From a virus, in the IMG/VR virus record IMGVR_UViG_3300015189_000002, positions 2,452-66,451 of that record: a stretch of 64,000 nt of DNA; one strand, given 5' to 3'. The stretch's first letter is position 1. Each line of letters starts with the position of its first letter. Under the pieces are notes generated by a model. The model was not told the origin of the DNA. It ran no database searches and saw only the letters and a list, made by a program, of their open reading frames with translations. This document shows, piece by piece, positions 56,837 to 64,000 of the stretch. Made by a program: the position numbers and the translations under genes.

Positions 56837-57277
56837 ATGATAACGTTCTTGCCATACCCCGATTTTGCAAAGACCGCACACGTTCTCGACAGTTACCGTT
56901 TGAACAAGCAGATGGCTGATGTGGCTGCAATAATCGACCTCCTTCACGGAGAGGTTACAGACAGTACTGAGTACCGCCACTCGGTCGTGCAGAGCTGGAA
57001 TGGTTTTGAAGTTCAGCTCATTCAGTATGGCATCACTTTGTGTGAAGAATGGGCGAGCCGTGGTTTTGACTCGCTCAGAATAATGGAGAAGTTTCTCTGG
57101 CAGATGGGTTGCGCCTCCAGCACTACTTACACAATGGACTTACCACCGTGGTTCGGTAAGAAAGAGTTTCACCTGTTCCACCGATCGCTGCTGATCAGTA
57201 TGGACTACAATCACTACAGTCTGTTCTTCGACGCCGACACACCTCCTGTTCTGCCATTTCTTTGGCCGGTTGAGTAG
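56837..57277 (+). CDS. Pyrimidine-dimer DNA glycosylase-like protein (denV / MSMEG_6728-like)
   Basis: MITFLPYPDF...LDSYRLNKQ...W.G.E..L..YG...C.EW..RG...PPWFG....H..HRS.L pattern. Confidence 0.8.
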   Translation: MITFLPYPDFAKTAHVLDSYRLNKQMADVAAIIDLLHGEVTDSTEYRHSVVQSWNGFEVQLIQYGITLCEEWASRGFDSLRIMEKFLWQMGCASSTTYTMDLPPWFGKKEFHLFHRSLLISMDYNHYSLFFDADTPPVLPFLWPVE

Positions 57278-57279
57278 TC

Positions 57280-57672
57280 ATGGCCCGCGTATCGAAAGTT
57301 GAAGCCTGCATGATCTGTGGGGCTGTGCCTTGCGAATGCGGGAAGCGATCGAAGTCAGTTGTTACCAAGAAGGTTAGGCCGGAGCCTCGACCTGTAGTGA
57401 ATGTCGAGGCTCCGGCTCTTCAGAGCAAGTCTATGCGAGACGCTATGAAGGCTCATGCGATTGCAAAGCCTGTTATTAAGTCGTCTCCACCAAAGAAGCC
57501 AATGTTTCACAAGCCAGAGACTCCGATCAACGAGTTACTGTTTGCTGATGCAGTCCGTAATCTGGCTTCGATCTTGCATCCAGATGAGATAGTAAGGTAC
57601 AAGATCTTGATTACATCTACACCGACCGTCAGTGAACGATCTGCTATATGGAGGGCGCGAAGATCAAGATGA
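57280..57672 (+). CDS. Basic hypothetical protein with CxxC...CxC
   Basis: 130 aa. Confidence 0.6.
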   Translation: MARVSKVEACMICGAVPCECGKRSKSVVTKKVRPEPRPVVNVEAPALQSKSMRDAMKAHAIAKPVIKSSPPKKPMFHKPETPINELLFADAVRNLASILHPDEIVRYKILITSTPTVSERSAIWRARRSR

Positions 57673-58313
57673 AAAAGTTTGAGCAGATTGCTACGGTTAC
57701 TGGCTCGGTGCTCACTTGGCAGCCAAACGGCCACATTAAGTGCGAGACAGATCAAAAGTACTGGTGCAAGCACATCAGTATAGCCCTCAAAGAAAACCTC
57801 GACGCAGAAAGTCTGTGGAATGAGTTTATATCCGATCAAGATGGATTGCCATTCCAGATCGAGATTCCAGTCAATCCAGATAAGAACTTGTGGGCGACCG
57901 TAATTCTCAACAACGCAAAGCTGGCTTACCCCGGAATGACAGTCATCTACTATGAGACAGGTAGAGAAAGAAAGTCACCGATACTTCATACCAGTCTTGT
58001 TGGCTCAGAGAGTGAGCACTTCGTCGGGTACATACACCCAGGCGATGGAAGAATGATTGTCCGCACAATGCTGATCAACTGGTTCAAGGGCAACGTGCCG
58101 GTTAAGAACTTGCACTGCACTTCAGGAAGCCACAAGTACTCACAAGAGATGATATGGGAGGCAGATGTAGCAGACGAGAGCAAAAAGTGGTTCCAGTACT
58201 GGTGCTGCTATACGACCGGCCACTGCATTAGCTGTGCGAGTGGTCAATCAAGTAAGACAGATTGGCCCGAGGATCTCATTCCCGGCGACGACAAGAAAGT
58301 GAGTGTGTGGTAA
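57669..58313 (+). CDS. Hypothetical protein with SWIM-like motif
   Basis: IKC...YWCKHI; ATGA coupling. Confidence 0.6.
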   Translation: MKKFEQIATVTGSVLTWQPNGHIKCETDQKYWCKHISIALKENLDAESLWNEFISDQDGLPFQIEIPVNPDKNLWATVILNNAKLAYPGMTVIYYETGRERKSPILHTSLVGSESEHFVGYIHPGDGRMIVRTMLINWFKGNVPVKNLHCTSGSHKYSQEMIWEADVADESKKWFQYWCCYTTGHCISCASGQSSKTDWPEDLIPGDDKKVSVW

Positions 58314-58315
58314 AG

Positions 58316-58558
58316 ATGGCAAACGCATCTACAGTATTGTACAGGTGCCAAAACTCAAAGTGCCTGAATCCTGATGTCGGACGTGCTCTTCTGACAGTCA
58401 AGAAGGTCGTCTTCTTGGAGATGGGTCCAGGCGGTCGAACCGTTCGGAGTAGGGTAACCGCCTGGCTGTGCCCGGTGTGTACTGCGGAAGATAACGACTG
58501 GAATCGTGAGAAGTTCGCTCCTCTAGTCGGCGCTGGTTCTGAGCCTGTTCGTGGCTAA
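58316..58558 (+). CDS. Small zinc-finger protein
   Basis: CQNSKC...CPVC. Confidence 0.6.
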   Translation: MANASTVLYRCQNSKCLNPDVGRALLTVKKVVFLEMGPGGRTVRSRVTAWLCPVCTAEDNDWNREKFAPLVGAGSEPVRG

Positions 58559-59144
58559 GGGCCAATACCGTCCCGGTTCTCGCAATCCAAAGTTTCGATC
58601 CGATGGCAAGATGTCAGAGAATCGGATCGCCTGGATGCGTACTGTACTTGGTACGTCAGTCATCATGTTCTATCCTCCTGGAGTGAATGACGAAGATGAT
58701 GATGAGTATGAGATCGCAAACAACAAAGAGCTTGGCCCGACAGTCAGACTCGTATTGCCTCGACCCAATGGTCGAGCTGTAACCATGAACCTTACTGCGA
58801 TGACAGGTCCAGAGTTACAGATGATGCGAGAGTTCTACGACCTGCTATTTGATCTAGCAGAGCCCGTTGTACGGGAGAGAGACAAGGTGGCGCAAGATGC
58901 CTTCAACTCAGGTGATGACGCTTTCGCAAGAATCTATCGACAGGTTCCGCAACTGGTTATCCGTTCGGGGCAAGTCCCCGAAGACTACCAAAGCATACGG
59001 GACCGACTTGGGGATCTTGCTAACCGAGTTGGAAGAGACGGAGATCTCGAAGGAAGACTTCGCGGAGACGGCCATGAACTGGCTCCAAGCGAACCGGAAG
59101 AGAATCGCTCCAAAGACGACGACACGCCGGTTGACAAGCCTTAA
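58551..59144 (+). CDS. Hypothetical protein whose 3' part overlaps the recombinase gene
   Basis: 197 aa, GTG start, open through about 230 nt of the recombinase N-terminus. Confidence 0.6.
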   Translation: MAKGQYRPGSRNPKFRSDGKMSENRIAWMRTVLGTSVIMFYPPGVNDEDDDEYEIANNKELGPTVRLVLPRPNGRAVTMNLTAMTGPELQMMREFYDLLFDLAEPVVRERDKVAQDAFNSGDDAFARIYRQVPQLVIRSGQVPEDYQSIRDRLGDLANRVGRDGDLEGRLRGDGHELAPSEPEENRSKDDDTPVDKP

Positions 59145-59727
59145 AGCGTTCTCAAAGTGGGCCGGATGGGGCGACTCGTTGGCTGACTACAGTGCTCCTT
59201 TCGTAGCCAAGGGAATACCTCATCCGATGCCGGAAGGTGTCGATGGAGTGTATCGCCTGATCGCGGCCACCGAGTACGAGAACCGCAAGGCGTTAGTTGC
59301 CTTGTGTGGGCTGTGCGGTTGCAGGATCGGCGAAGCTCTGGCCATCAAGCCGTGTGATTTCGATCTTCAGAACATGATGCTGACCATCCGCGGTAAGGCT
59401 GACAAAACTCGAGTCGTCCCGGTCGGCACCAGGGCTTGGAAGATTCTTCAGATGCCTGTCACGCGAGCGTTCGTCAGTGGCGGAGGAGAGGTGGTGGGTC
59501 TGAAGGATCGGTTTGCCCGGCGGATCATCAGTGACCTTGGACTCAAAGCCGGCCTGATTCGACCGATCAGAAGTCACGATCTTCGTGCCACCTTCGCCAC
59601 GGCGATCTATGACTCGACCTTGGATATCAGGGTCGTACAGGAGTTGCTCGGCCACGCCTCGGTTGAGACGACTCAGCTCTACACTGGCATCACCCTCGAC
59701 ACCATGCGAAAGGCGGTTGAACTGTGA
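58915..59727 (+). CDS. Tyrosine recombinase (XerC/D-like); start at 58897 or 58915
   Basis: Core-binding N-domain (SPKTTKAYGTDL; APKTTTRRLTSLKAF) and a complete catalytic set: CRIGE, GKADK, HDLR, LLGH, TQLY. Confidence 0.93.
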   Translation: MTLSQESIDRFRNWLSVRGKSPKTTKAYGTDLGILLTELEETEISKEDFAETAMNWLQANRKRIAPKTTTRRLTSLKAFSKWAGWGDSLADYSAPFVAKGIPHPMPEGVDGVYRLIAATEYENRKALVALCGLCGCRIGEALAIKPCDFDLQNMMLTIRGKADKTRVVPVGTRAWKILQMPVTRAFVSGGGEVVGLKDRFARRIISDLGLKAGLIRPIRSHDLRATFATAIYDSTLDIRVVQELLGHASVETTQLYTGITLDTMRKAVEL

Positions 59728-60710
59728 CTGACATTGAGATCATCAAAACGAGGGAGCCTGACCGTCTCGGTGATCAAGCCTTTCTGCTCGACAAGGCGAG
59801 AAAGGTGAAAGCAGCAGCGACTCGTGCGAAGTCGCTGTACGTCAAAGAAAGTCCCGACCCGACAGAGGAGAGTACCGTGGGAATCACCATGAAACTTGAA
59901 GAGGTCACCCCCGAGAAAGCTGGTCGGTGGCTTGAGAAGAATGAGGGCAACCGCAACTTCAATCAGGGCACCGCCAACGCTCTGGCCCGCCAGATGCTGG
60001 AAGGCTTCTGGACCAACAACGGCGAGACGATCAAGTTCTACGAAGATGGCAACTTGATGGACGGCCAACACCGCCTCGATGCTGTACGAACCTCTGGCGT
60101 AACGATCAAGATGTACGTGGTGCGCGGCCTGCCAGTCAAGGCCCGAGCGACCATCGACCAGCAGCGCAAGCGGACTGCCGGTGATATTCTCAAGATGGAG
60201 GGCATTCCCAACGGCAACCGACTTGCAGCGATTGTCCGCATGGTGAACCTGTGGGACACAGGTGTTCGCAACGTCAAGGGCTTCAGGAGTTCCGCGAACT
60301 TCAGTCCTTCCGAGATTGTTGAAGCACTCGGTACCAAGGACGGTGCGCTGTGCATCCAGGCTATCAAGATGACACAGACCAAAGAGATTCTCACGATGGC
60401 CCCCCCGCGTGCTGCTGGGCTCTTGGCTGTGCTCGCTTTGCGGTCGAACAAGAAACTCGCCATCACATTCTTCGAGCAGCTCGAGTCGGGAATCGACATG
60501 CACGAAGGCGATCCAGTCTTGACACTGCGACGCTACTGGTCCAACCTCAAAGCTCGTGGTAAGGGACAAGCAATCGGCAACTACCTGATGGCAGGAGTTC
60601 GCGCTTGGAACGCCTACGTCGAAGGTCGCAAGATCACTCAGATCTACTACAAGTCGCAAGAGATTCCCGAGGTGTCACGACCGGGTCACCCTGCAGAGCA
60701 GGACGACTGA
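59724..60710 (+). CDS. ParB/Srx-like N-terminal domain protein
   Basis: VTPEKA..WLEKNEGNR...NGETIKF...GNLMDGQHRL; GTGA overlap with the recombinase stop. Confidence 0.75.
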   Translation: MTDIEIIKTREPDRLGDQAFLLDKARKVKAAATRAKSLYVKESPDPTEESTVGITMKLEEVTPEKAGRWLEKNEGNRNFNQGTANALARQMLEGFWTNNGETIKFYEDGNLMDGQHRLDAVRTSGVTIKMYVVRGLPVKARATIDQQRKRTAGDILKMEGIPNGNRLAAIVRMVNLWDTGVRNVKGFRSSANFSPSEIVEALGTKDGALCIQAIKMTQTKEILTMAPPRAAGLLAVLALRSNKKLAITFFEQLESGIDMHEGDPVLTLRRYWSNLKARGKGQAIGNYLMAGVRAWNAYVEGRKITQIYYKSQEIPEVSRPGHPAEQDD

Positions 60711-60853
60711 TGGCAACTTCAGTACGAATCTTCTACCGGGGTAGCGAGGGGCCTGTTGCGTATGAGGTAACACTTGACGAGCAGGCGCTCGCTGAACTGA
60801 TCGAGAAGGCTGATCGCCTTCAAGAAGAAACCGAAGACAGGATGAGTGAGTAA
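60710..60853 (+). CDS. Small hypothetical protein
   Basis: TGATG coupling. Confidence 0.5.
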   Translation: MATSVRIFYRGSEGPVAYEVTLDEQALAELIEKADRLQEETEDRMSE

Positions 60854-61035
60854 TGAACGTTGACGCGCTGGGCACAAAGAATGGTGAGGTCAAGATTCAG
60901 ATGACCCTGACCAAAGAGACGAAGGGAACTTATGTCTACGGCAATCCTGAGAGTGTTGTGCCGACTCTATACATCAAGAAGGAAGCCTTCGACAGCTCGG
61001 CACCGAAGGTCATCACCCTCATCGTAACCTCCTGA
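60853..61035 (+). CDS. Small hypothetical protein
   Basis: 60 aa; TKETKGTYVY motif. Confidence 0.6.
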   Translation: MNVDALGTKNGEVKIQMTLTKETKGTYVYGNPESVVPTLYIKKEAFDSSAPKVITLIVTS

Positions 61036-61415
61036 TGAGACTTCTCGTGTGTGGATCGCGGACATACTCTGATCGAGAGTTTATGTTCGGAGTCCTTGAC
61101 GGCTTTCTCGATGCTCACCACATTGAGGTTGTCATCGAAGGCGAGGCTCCCGGTGCAGATACGCTCGGCAGGATATGGGCTGAGTTGCATGGGATTCCAG
61201 TCGAACAGTTCCCCGCAGACTGGACGCGATATGGACGAGAGGCTGGCCCGAAGCGTAACAAGCAGATGCTTGACGAGGGTAAGCCAGATTTCGTGGTCGG
61301 CTTCATTGACAAGCCAAAAGCAGAGTCGAGAGGTACAAACAACATGATCTCGCAAGCGGGTAAGCGCGATGTGCCATACGAGTGGTACAGTCGTAACAAA
61401 GAGTTCCTGTTGTGA
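61035..61415 (+). CDS. SLOG/YspA-like (DUF2493) protein
   Basis: RLLVCGSR...IEGEAPGAD...FPADW..YG..AGPKRN.QML...SRGT.NMI. Confidence 0.85.
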   Translation: MRLLVCGSRTYSDREFMFGVLDGFLDAHHIEVVIEGEAPGADTLGRIWAELHGIPVEQFPADWTRYGREAGPKRNKQMLDEGKPDFVVGFIDKPKAESRGTNNMISQAGKRDVPYEWYSRNKEFLL

Positions 61416-61621
61416 CGAACCAGCAGCGCGCAGCTTATCTGAAGCGTAAGACGCACCGTGTCAGGAAGAGCAGTCTTGATCGTACTGAAATACTGATTGC
61501 AAAAGAAATCTTGACCTTGCAGATGTACTTAACTGCAGAGCGTTCTCAGCTCGATTACAGGTTGAAACTCATACAGGAAGAGCAGCGTCGGCCTCGCCAC
61601 TGGTGGAACAGAGGGTATTGA
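61412..61621 (+). CDS. Small basic hypothetical protein
   Basis: 69 aa, coupled. Confidence 0.45.
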   Translation: MTNQQRAAYLKRKTHRVRKSSLDRTEILIAKEILTLQMYLTAERSQLDYRLKLIQEEQRRPRHWWNRGY

Positions 61622-61803
61622 TGACAGGCAAGATCACTATATGGAAAGTCAAAGAGTCTCTCCAGCCTGATGGTTTGGTAAGAGATAAGAATATGTGGAT
61701 GGCGCGCTGTCCTCAGCATGGACTGGTTGCTCAGTATTGGGCTTTCGGCGCCACGCTTGGTTCTGTACTCGAACACCTCAGACGACAACATCGAAAGGAC
61801 TGA
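61621..61803 (+). CDS. Small hypothetical protein
   Basis: WMARCPQH motif. Confidence 0.5.
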   Translation: MTGKITIWKVKESLQPDGLVRDKNMWMARCPQHGLVAQYWAFGATLGSVLEHLRRQHRKD

Positions 61804-61805
61804 CA

Positions 61806-62618
61806 ATGCCTCCTAAGAATAAACTGCCGCTGTGTACAGCATCAGTTAAGGGAGAGGTTACACTTACCGTCGCACCCTGTGGCACACAGATCACTCTGCG
61901 TGACCAGCGATTCTGGTGCCGGAACAACGCCAACCACCTGATGAAGTACAAGACTGGGTTCTGCGAGAACGGCAACTGTGAGGGGTCTGCAAAAAAGACT
62001 CACGATGGCAGGCCGATGGTCACATGCAAGTGGTGGCTGGTCTGTCCTTGTGACTGTCACACCATGTTTGACATGATGTACAAGCAGTCAGGGATGCCAA
62101 GAGTCCTTGTAGATAACAGCGGATACGAGCCTCCACCCGGCCTGTGGATTCCTTCTGCTGACGATCGTGCCCGTATCGACGCGCTCTCTAGTTCGGGGGT
62201 CACCGATGCCGCCGTGGTAATCGAGAGCCCCGTAGTGGAGGCCGTGCCGGTCACCATACGGCGGGAGTTCGGTCCCACACCGACCGGGATTGCGGCTCGG
62301 GGTGAGCTTGAATCGTGGGTCAAGGATGAGTGCGACGCATGGCTGATCGACGGCGAGGATGATTACTGCACGCCGCCGTACTTGTCTGAAGCGATCGCCA
62401 AGTCTGTCGGCCTTGGCAAGGCTCCCTCGGTAGGTGCGATCAGCTCCGTCTTTGATAGGTGGGTAACGCTGGGCTTTGCGGTCATCGAGCGCAAGCCAAC
62501 GAGGTTCGTGTCATATACTCCCGAGGCCCTTACGTTAGGACTTGAGGGCCTCAAGGCGCGTCGCAAGCGGACCCGCAAGTTCGAGGACTCCGCGGCCAAG
62601 CGAGGGACACTGAGATGA
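61806..62618 (+). CDS. Cys-rich N-terminus plus wHTH-like hypothetical protein
   Basis: FCENGNCEG, CKWWLVCPCDCH; PSVGAISSVFDRW. Confidence 0.65.
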   Translation: MPPKNKLPLCTASVKGEVTLTVAPCGTQITLRDQRFWCRNNANHLMKYKTGFCENGNCEGSAKKTHDGRPMVTCKWWLVCPCDCHTMFDMMYKQSGMPRVLVDNSGYEPPPGLWIPSADDRARIDALSSSGVTDAAVVIESPVVEAVPVTIRREFGPTPTGIAARGELESWVKDECDAWLIDGEDDYCTPPYLSEAIAKSVGLGKAPSVGAISSVFDRWVTLGFAVIERKPTRFVSYTPEALTLGLEGLKARRKRTRKFEDSAAKRGTLR

Positions 62619-62794
62619 GGGTTCGGCATAGGATGCTGACTCGTCTAGCGAAGGAACGTGCAGAGGTGCGCGAGTTCAATCGAAAGTACGAAATCATCTC
62701 GGCTCACTTCGACCAGCTTGAAGCCGAACGAGTTGAGCGCATGACTCGTGAGCGAAAGTACTTTGCTGACTGGAGAGCGAGGATGACGGAATGA
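62615..62794 (+). CDS. Small helical hypothetical protein (59 aa)
   Basis: Not in the track; ATGA overlaps at both ends. Confidence 0.5.
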   Translation: MRVRHRMLTRLAKERAEVREFNRKYEIISAHFDQLEAERVERMTRERKYFADWRARMTE

Positions 62795-63123
62795 GTCCAA
62801 ACAAGCAGCGACGTACTCACGAAGAAGTCAAAGAGGGTATGCGTCAGTTTGCTAACGGTCAGCGGGACATAGCTGACGAGGCTGCAGCCATGTTCGGTGG
62901 ATGCGACGACATGCTGCATCCTTTTGGTCTGGACAACTTCCGCGACTACAATGACTTTATCGAGCGTGTCGCTCGCCCACTCGTCGAGGCTGATGGCGAC
63001 GACGAGATTACGCAGAAAGTTATGGTACTCTATCGCAAAATGAGTCCATTCTCAATCTGCGTCTCAATGGTAATGCTTCAGAATCAAATCGACCGACTCG
63101 AATGGAAAGAGCAGGTAAGATGA
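62791..63123 (+). CDS. Hypothetical protein
   Basis: 110 aa, coupled. Confidence 0.6.
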   Translation: MSPNKQRRTHEEVKEGMRQFANGQRDIADEAAAMFGGCDDMLHPFGLDNFRDYNDFIERVARPLVEADGDDEITQKVMVLYRKMSPFSICVSMVMLQNQIDRLEWKEQVR

Positions 63124-63416
63124 GAACAAGTGATCACATTTTGTATGAAGATCTCATAGAGGCAGGTCTTCCGCACCTTGCGTATCGCGCTGCCCGAGGT
63201 GAGTGGAATGACTTTTTCGGAATCCACACTCTCCCACAGATGGCGCTGATGGGAACCCTGCGCGCCGAGGTCAAGATCGCCAGTGTGGTTCGCAAGCGAC
63301 TGATCGACAACGTCATAGAAGGCAAGTATGACGGCACGAAGGAGGAGTCTGACGAATGGGGAGCCTCCGAAGAGGGTCAAGAGATATTCCGTCAGTTGAT
63401 GAAGCCGCATGACTGA
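63120..63416 (+). CDS. Hypothetical protein
   Basis: RAARGEWNDF...LIDNVIEGKYDGTKEESDEW. Confidence 0.65.
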   Translation: MRTSDHILYEDLIEAGLPHLAYRAARGEWNDFFGIHTLPQMALMGTLRAEVKIASVVRKRLIDNVIEGKYDGTKEESDEWGASEEGQEIFRQLMKPHD

Positions 63417-63639
63417 ACGTTGCGAGCTTTCCGATCTGCCTGTTGACCAGTGCGCTTGTCGAGTACATGCGCCTGTTGTGAGAAATCACACATGGAAGAT
63501 CACCGCAGTATTTCCAGCGCACTTCGATTCTCGGTGCGGTGACTGTGAAGAGAAAGTATTTGAGGGTGACCTTATCGCCCGAACTGACGAAGGCAGTTAT
63601 ATCTGCCTTAAGTGTGCCGACAATTCAGAAGGAGTTTAA
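63409..63639 (+). CDS. Small Cys-rich protein
   Basis: CELSDLPVDQCAC...CGDC...CLKC. Confidence 0.65.
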   Translation: MTERCELSDLPVDQCACRVHAPVVRNHTWKITAVFPAHFDSRCGDCEEKVFEGDLIARTDEGSYICLKCADNSEGV

Positions 63640-63640
63640 C

Positions 63641-64000
63641 ATGCCGTATGGCGAAGAAGACTGCACTCACGAGTGGATCGTCTGGAATGACCAAGGCGTA
63701 GAGAAGGAAGAGATTGACGAGCAAGAGGCTCGTGTCCTTCTCAAAGACAGCGAGGATCGCTATGTCGAGTGTGGTGACTGTGGCGCGTCGATCGAGACTC
63801 AGTTTGGCCCGATCATTCCCGCCAACGACAAGCTGATGGAAGTCTTCGACGAGGCAGGTACGCGCTTTGAGTCATGGGAAGCACTGGTTGCTACTCATGC
63901 GAACGGCTGGGTTGCAACAGCGATCCTGCGAGAGAAGGCTCCTCGGCAGACTTTGTTCACATGGACTATCGGCCCGTTCCCGACTAAGCGTGAAGCTGTC
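63641..64000 (+). CDS. Hypothetical protein, 5' part (runs off the window)
   Basis: AGGAG Shine-Dalgarno; MPYGEEDCTHEWIVW...CGDC; open to the window end. Confidence 0.6.
   Translation, partial: MPYGEEDCTHEWIVWNDQGVEKEEIDEQEARVLLKDSEDRYVECGDCGASIETQFGPIIPANDKLMEVFDEAGTRFESWEALVATHANGWVATAILREKAPRQTLFTWTIGPFPTKREAV

Noticed and set aside
1-64000. tRNA, rRNA, IS transposase, DGR or retron genes
   Set aside because: No cloverleaf with T-loop/CCA, no rRNA, and no transposase or reverse-transcriptase motifs were seen by eye; tRNAscan and cmscan were not run.

Overview
This window is 64 kb of a tailed, siphovirus-like phage genome, probably from an actinobacterial host; no host genes are recognisable. 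Positions 1-26 kb (minus strand) hold the virion module: HNH nuclease, a 'pre-terminase' gene, large terminase, DUF935/Mu-gp29-like portal, ClpP-type protease/scaffold, decoration protein, lambda-gpE-like major capsid, head-tail genes, major tail, tail chaperone with a GGGGGAA -1 frameshift, tape measure with a C-terminal transglycosylase, and tail-tip genes. Positions 26.3-29.4 kb (plus) hold a primase-polymerase and a Zn-finger/helicase-like gene. Positions 29.6-35.8 kb (minus) form a second, detached block of fibre/appendage-like genes. Positions 35.8-37.8 kb are a palindrome-rich non-coding divergent region. Positions 37.8-64 kb (plus) are an early/accessory arm of many small ORFs plus a lytic transglycosylase, a MoxR AAA+/vWA pair, a denV-like glycosylase, a tyrosine recombinase, a ParB-like protein and a SLOG protein. 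Two signals stand out. First, a 7-nt coding gap (CGA|TTA TAG A|AAT) near the start of the gene upstream of terminase is a candidate for UUA/stop-associated ribosomal bypass or frameshifting. Second, a family of seven 60-72 nt CTGAT...ATCAG stem-loop elements starts at or beside the stop codons of accessory genes and is followed by a conserved GATCCTAGGAGAT start motif, giving the accessory arm a cassette-array architecture. All family assignments come from motif recognition; no searches were run.
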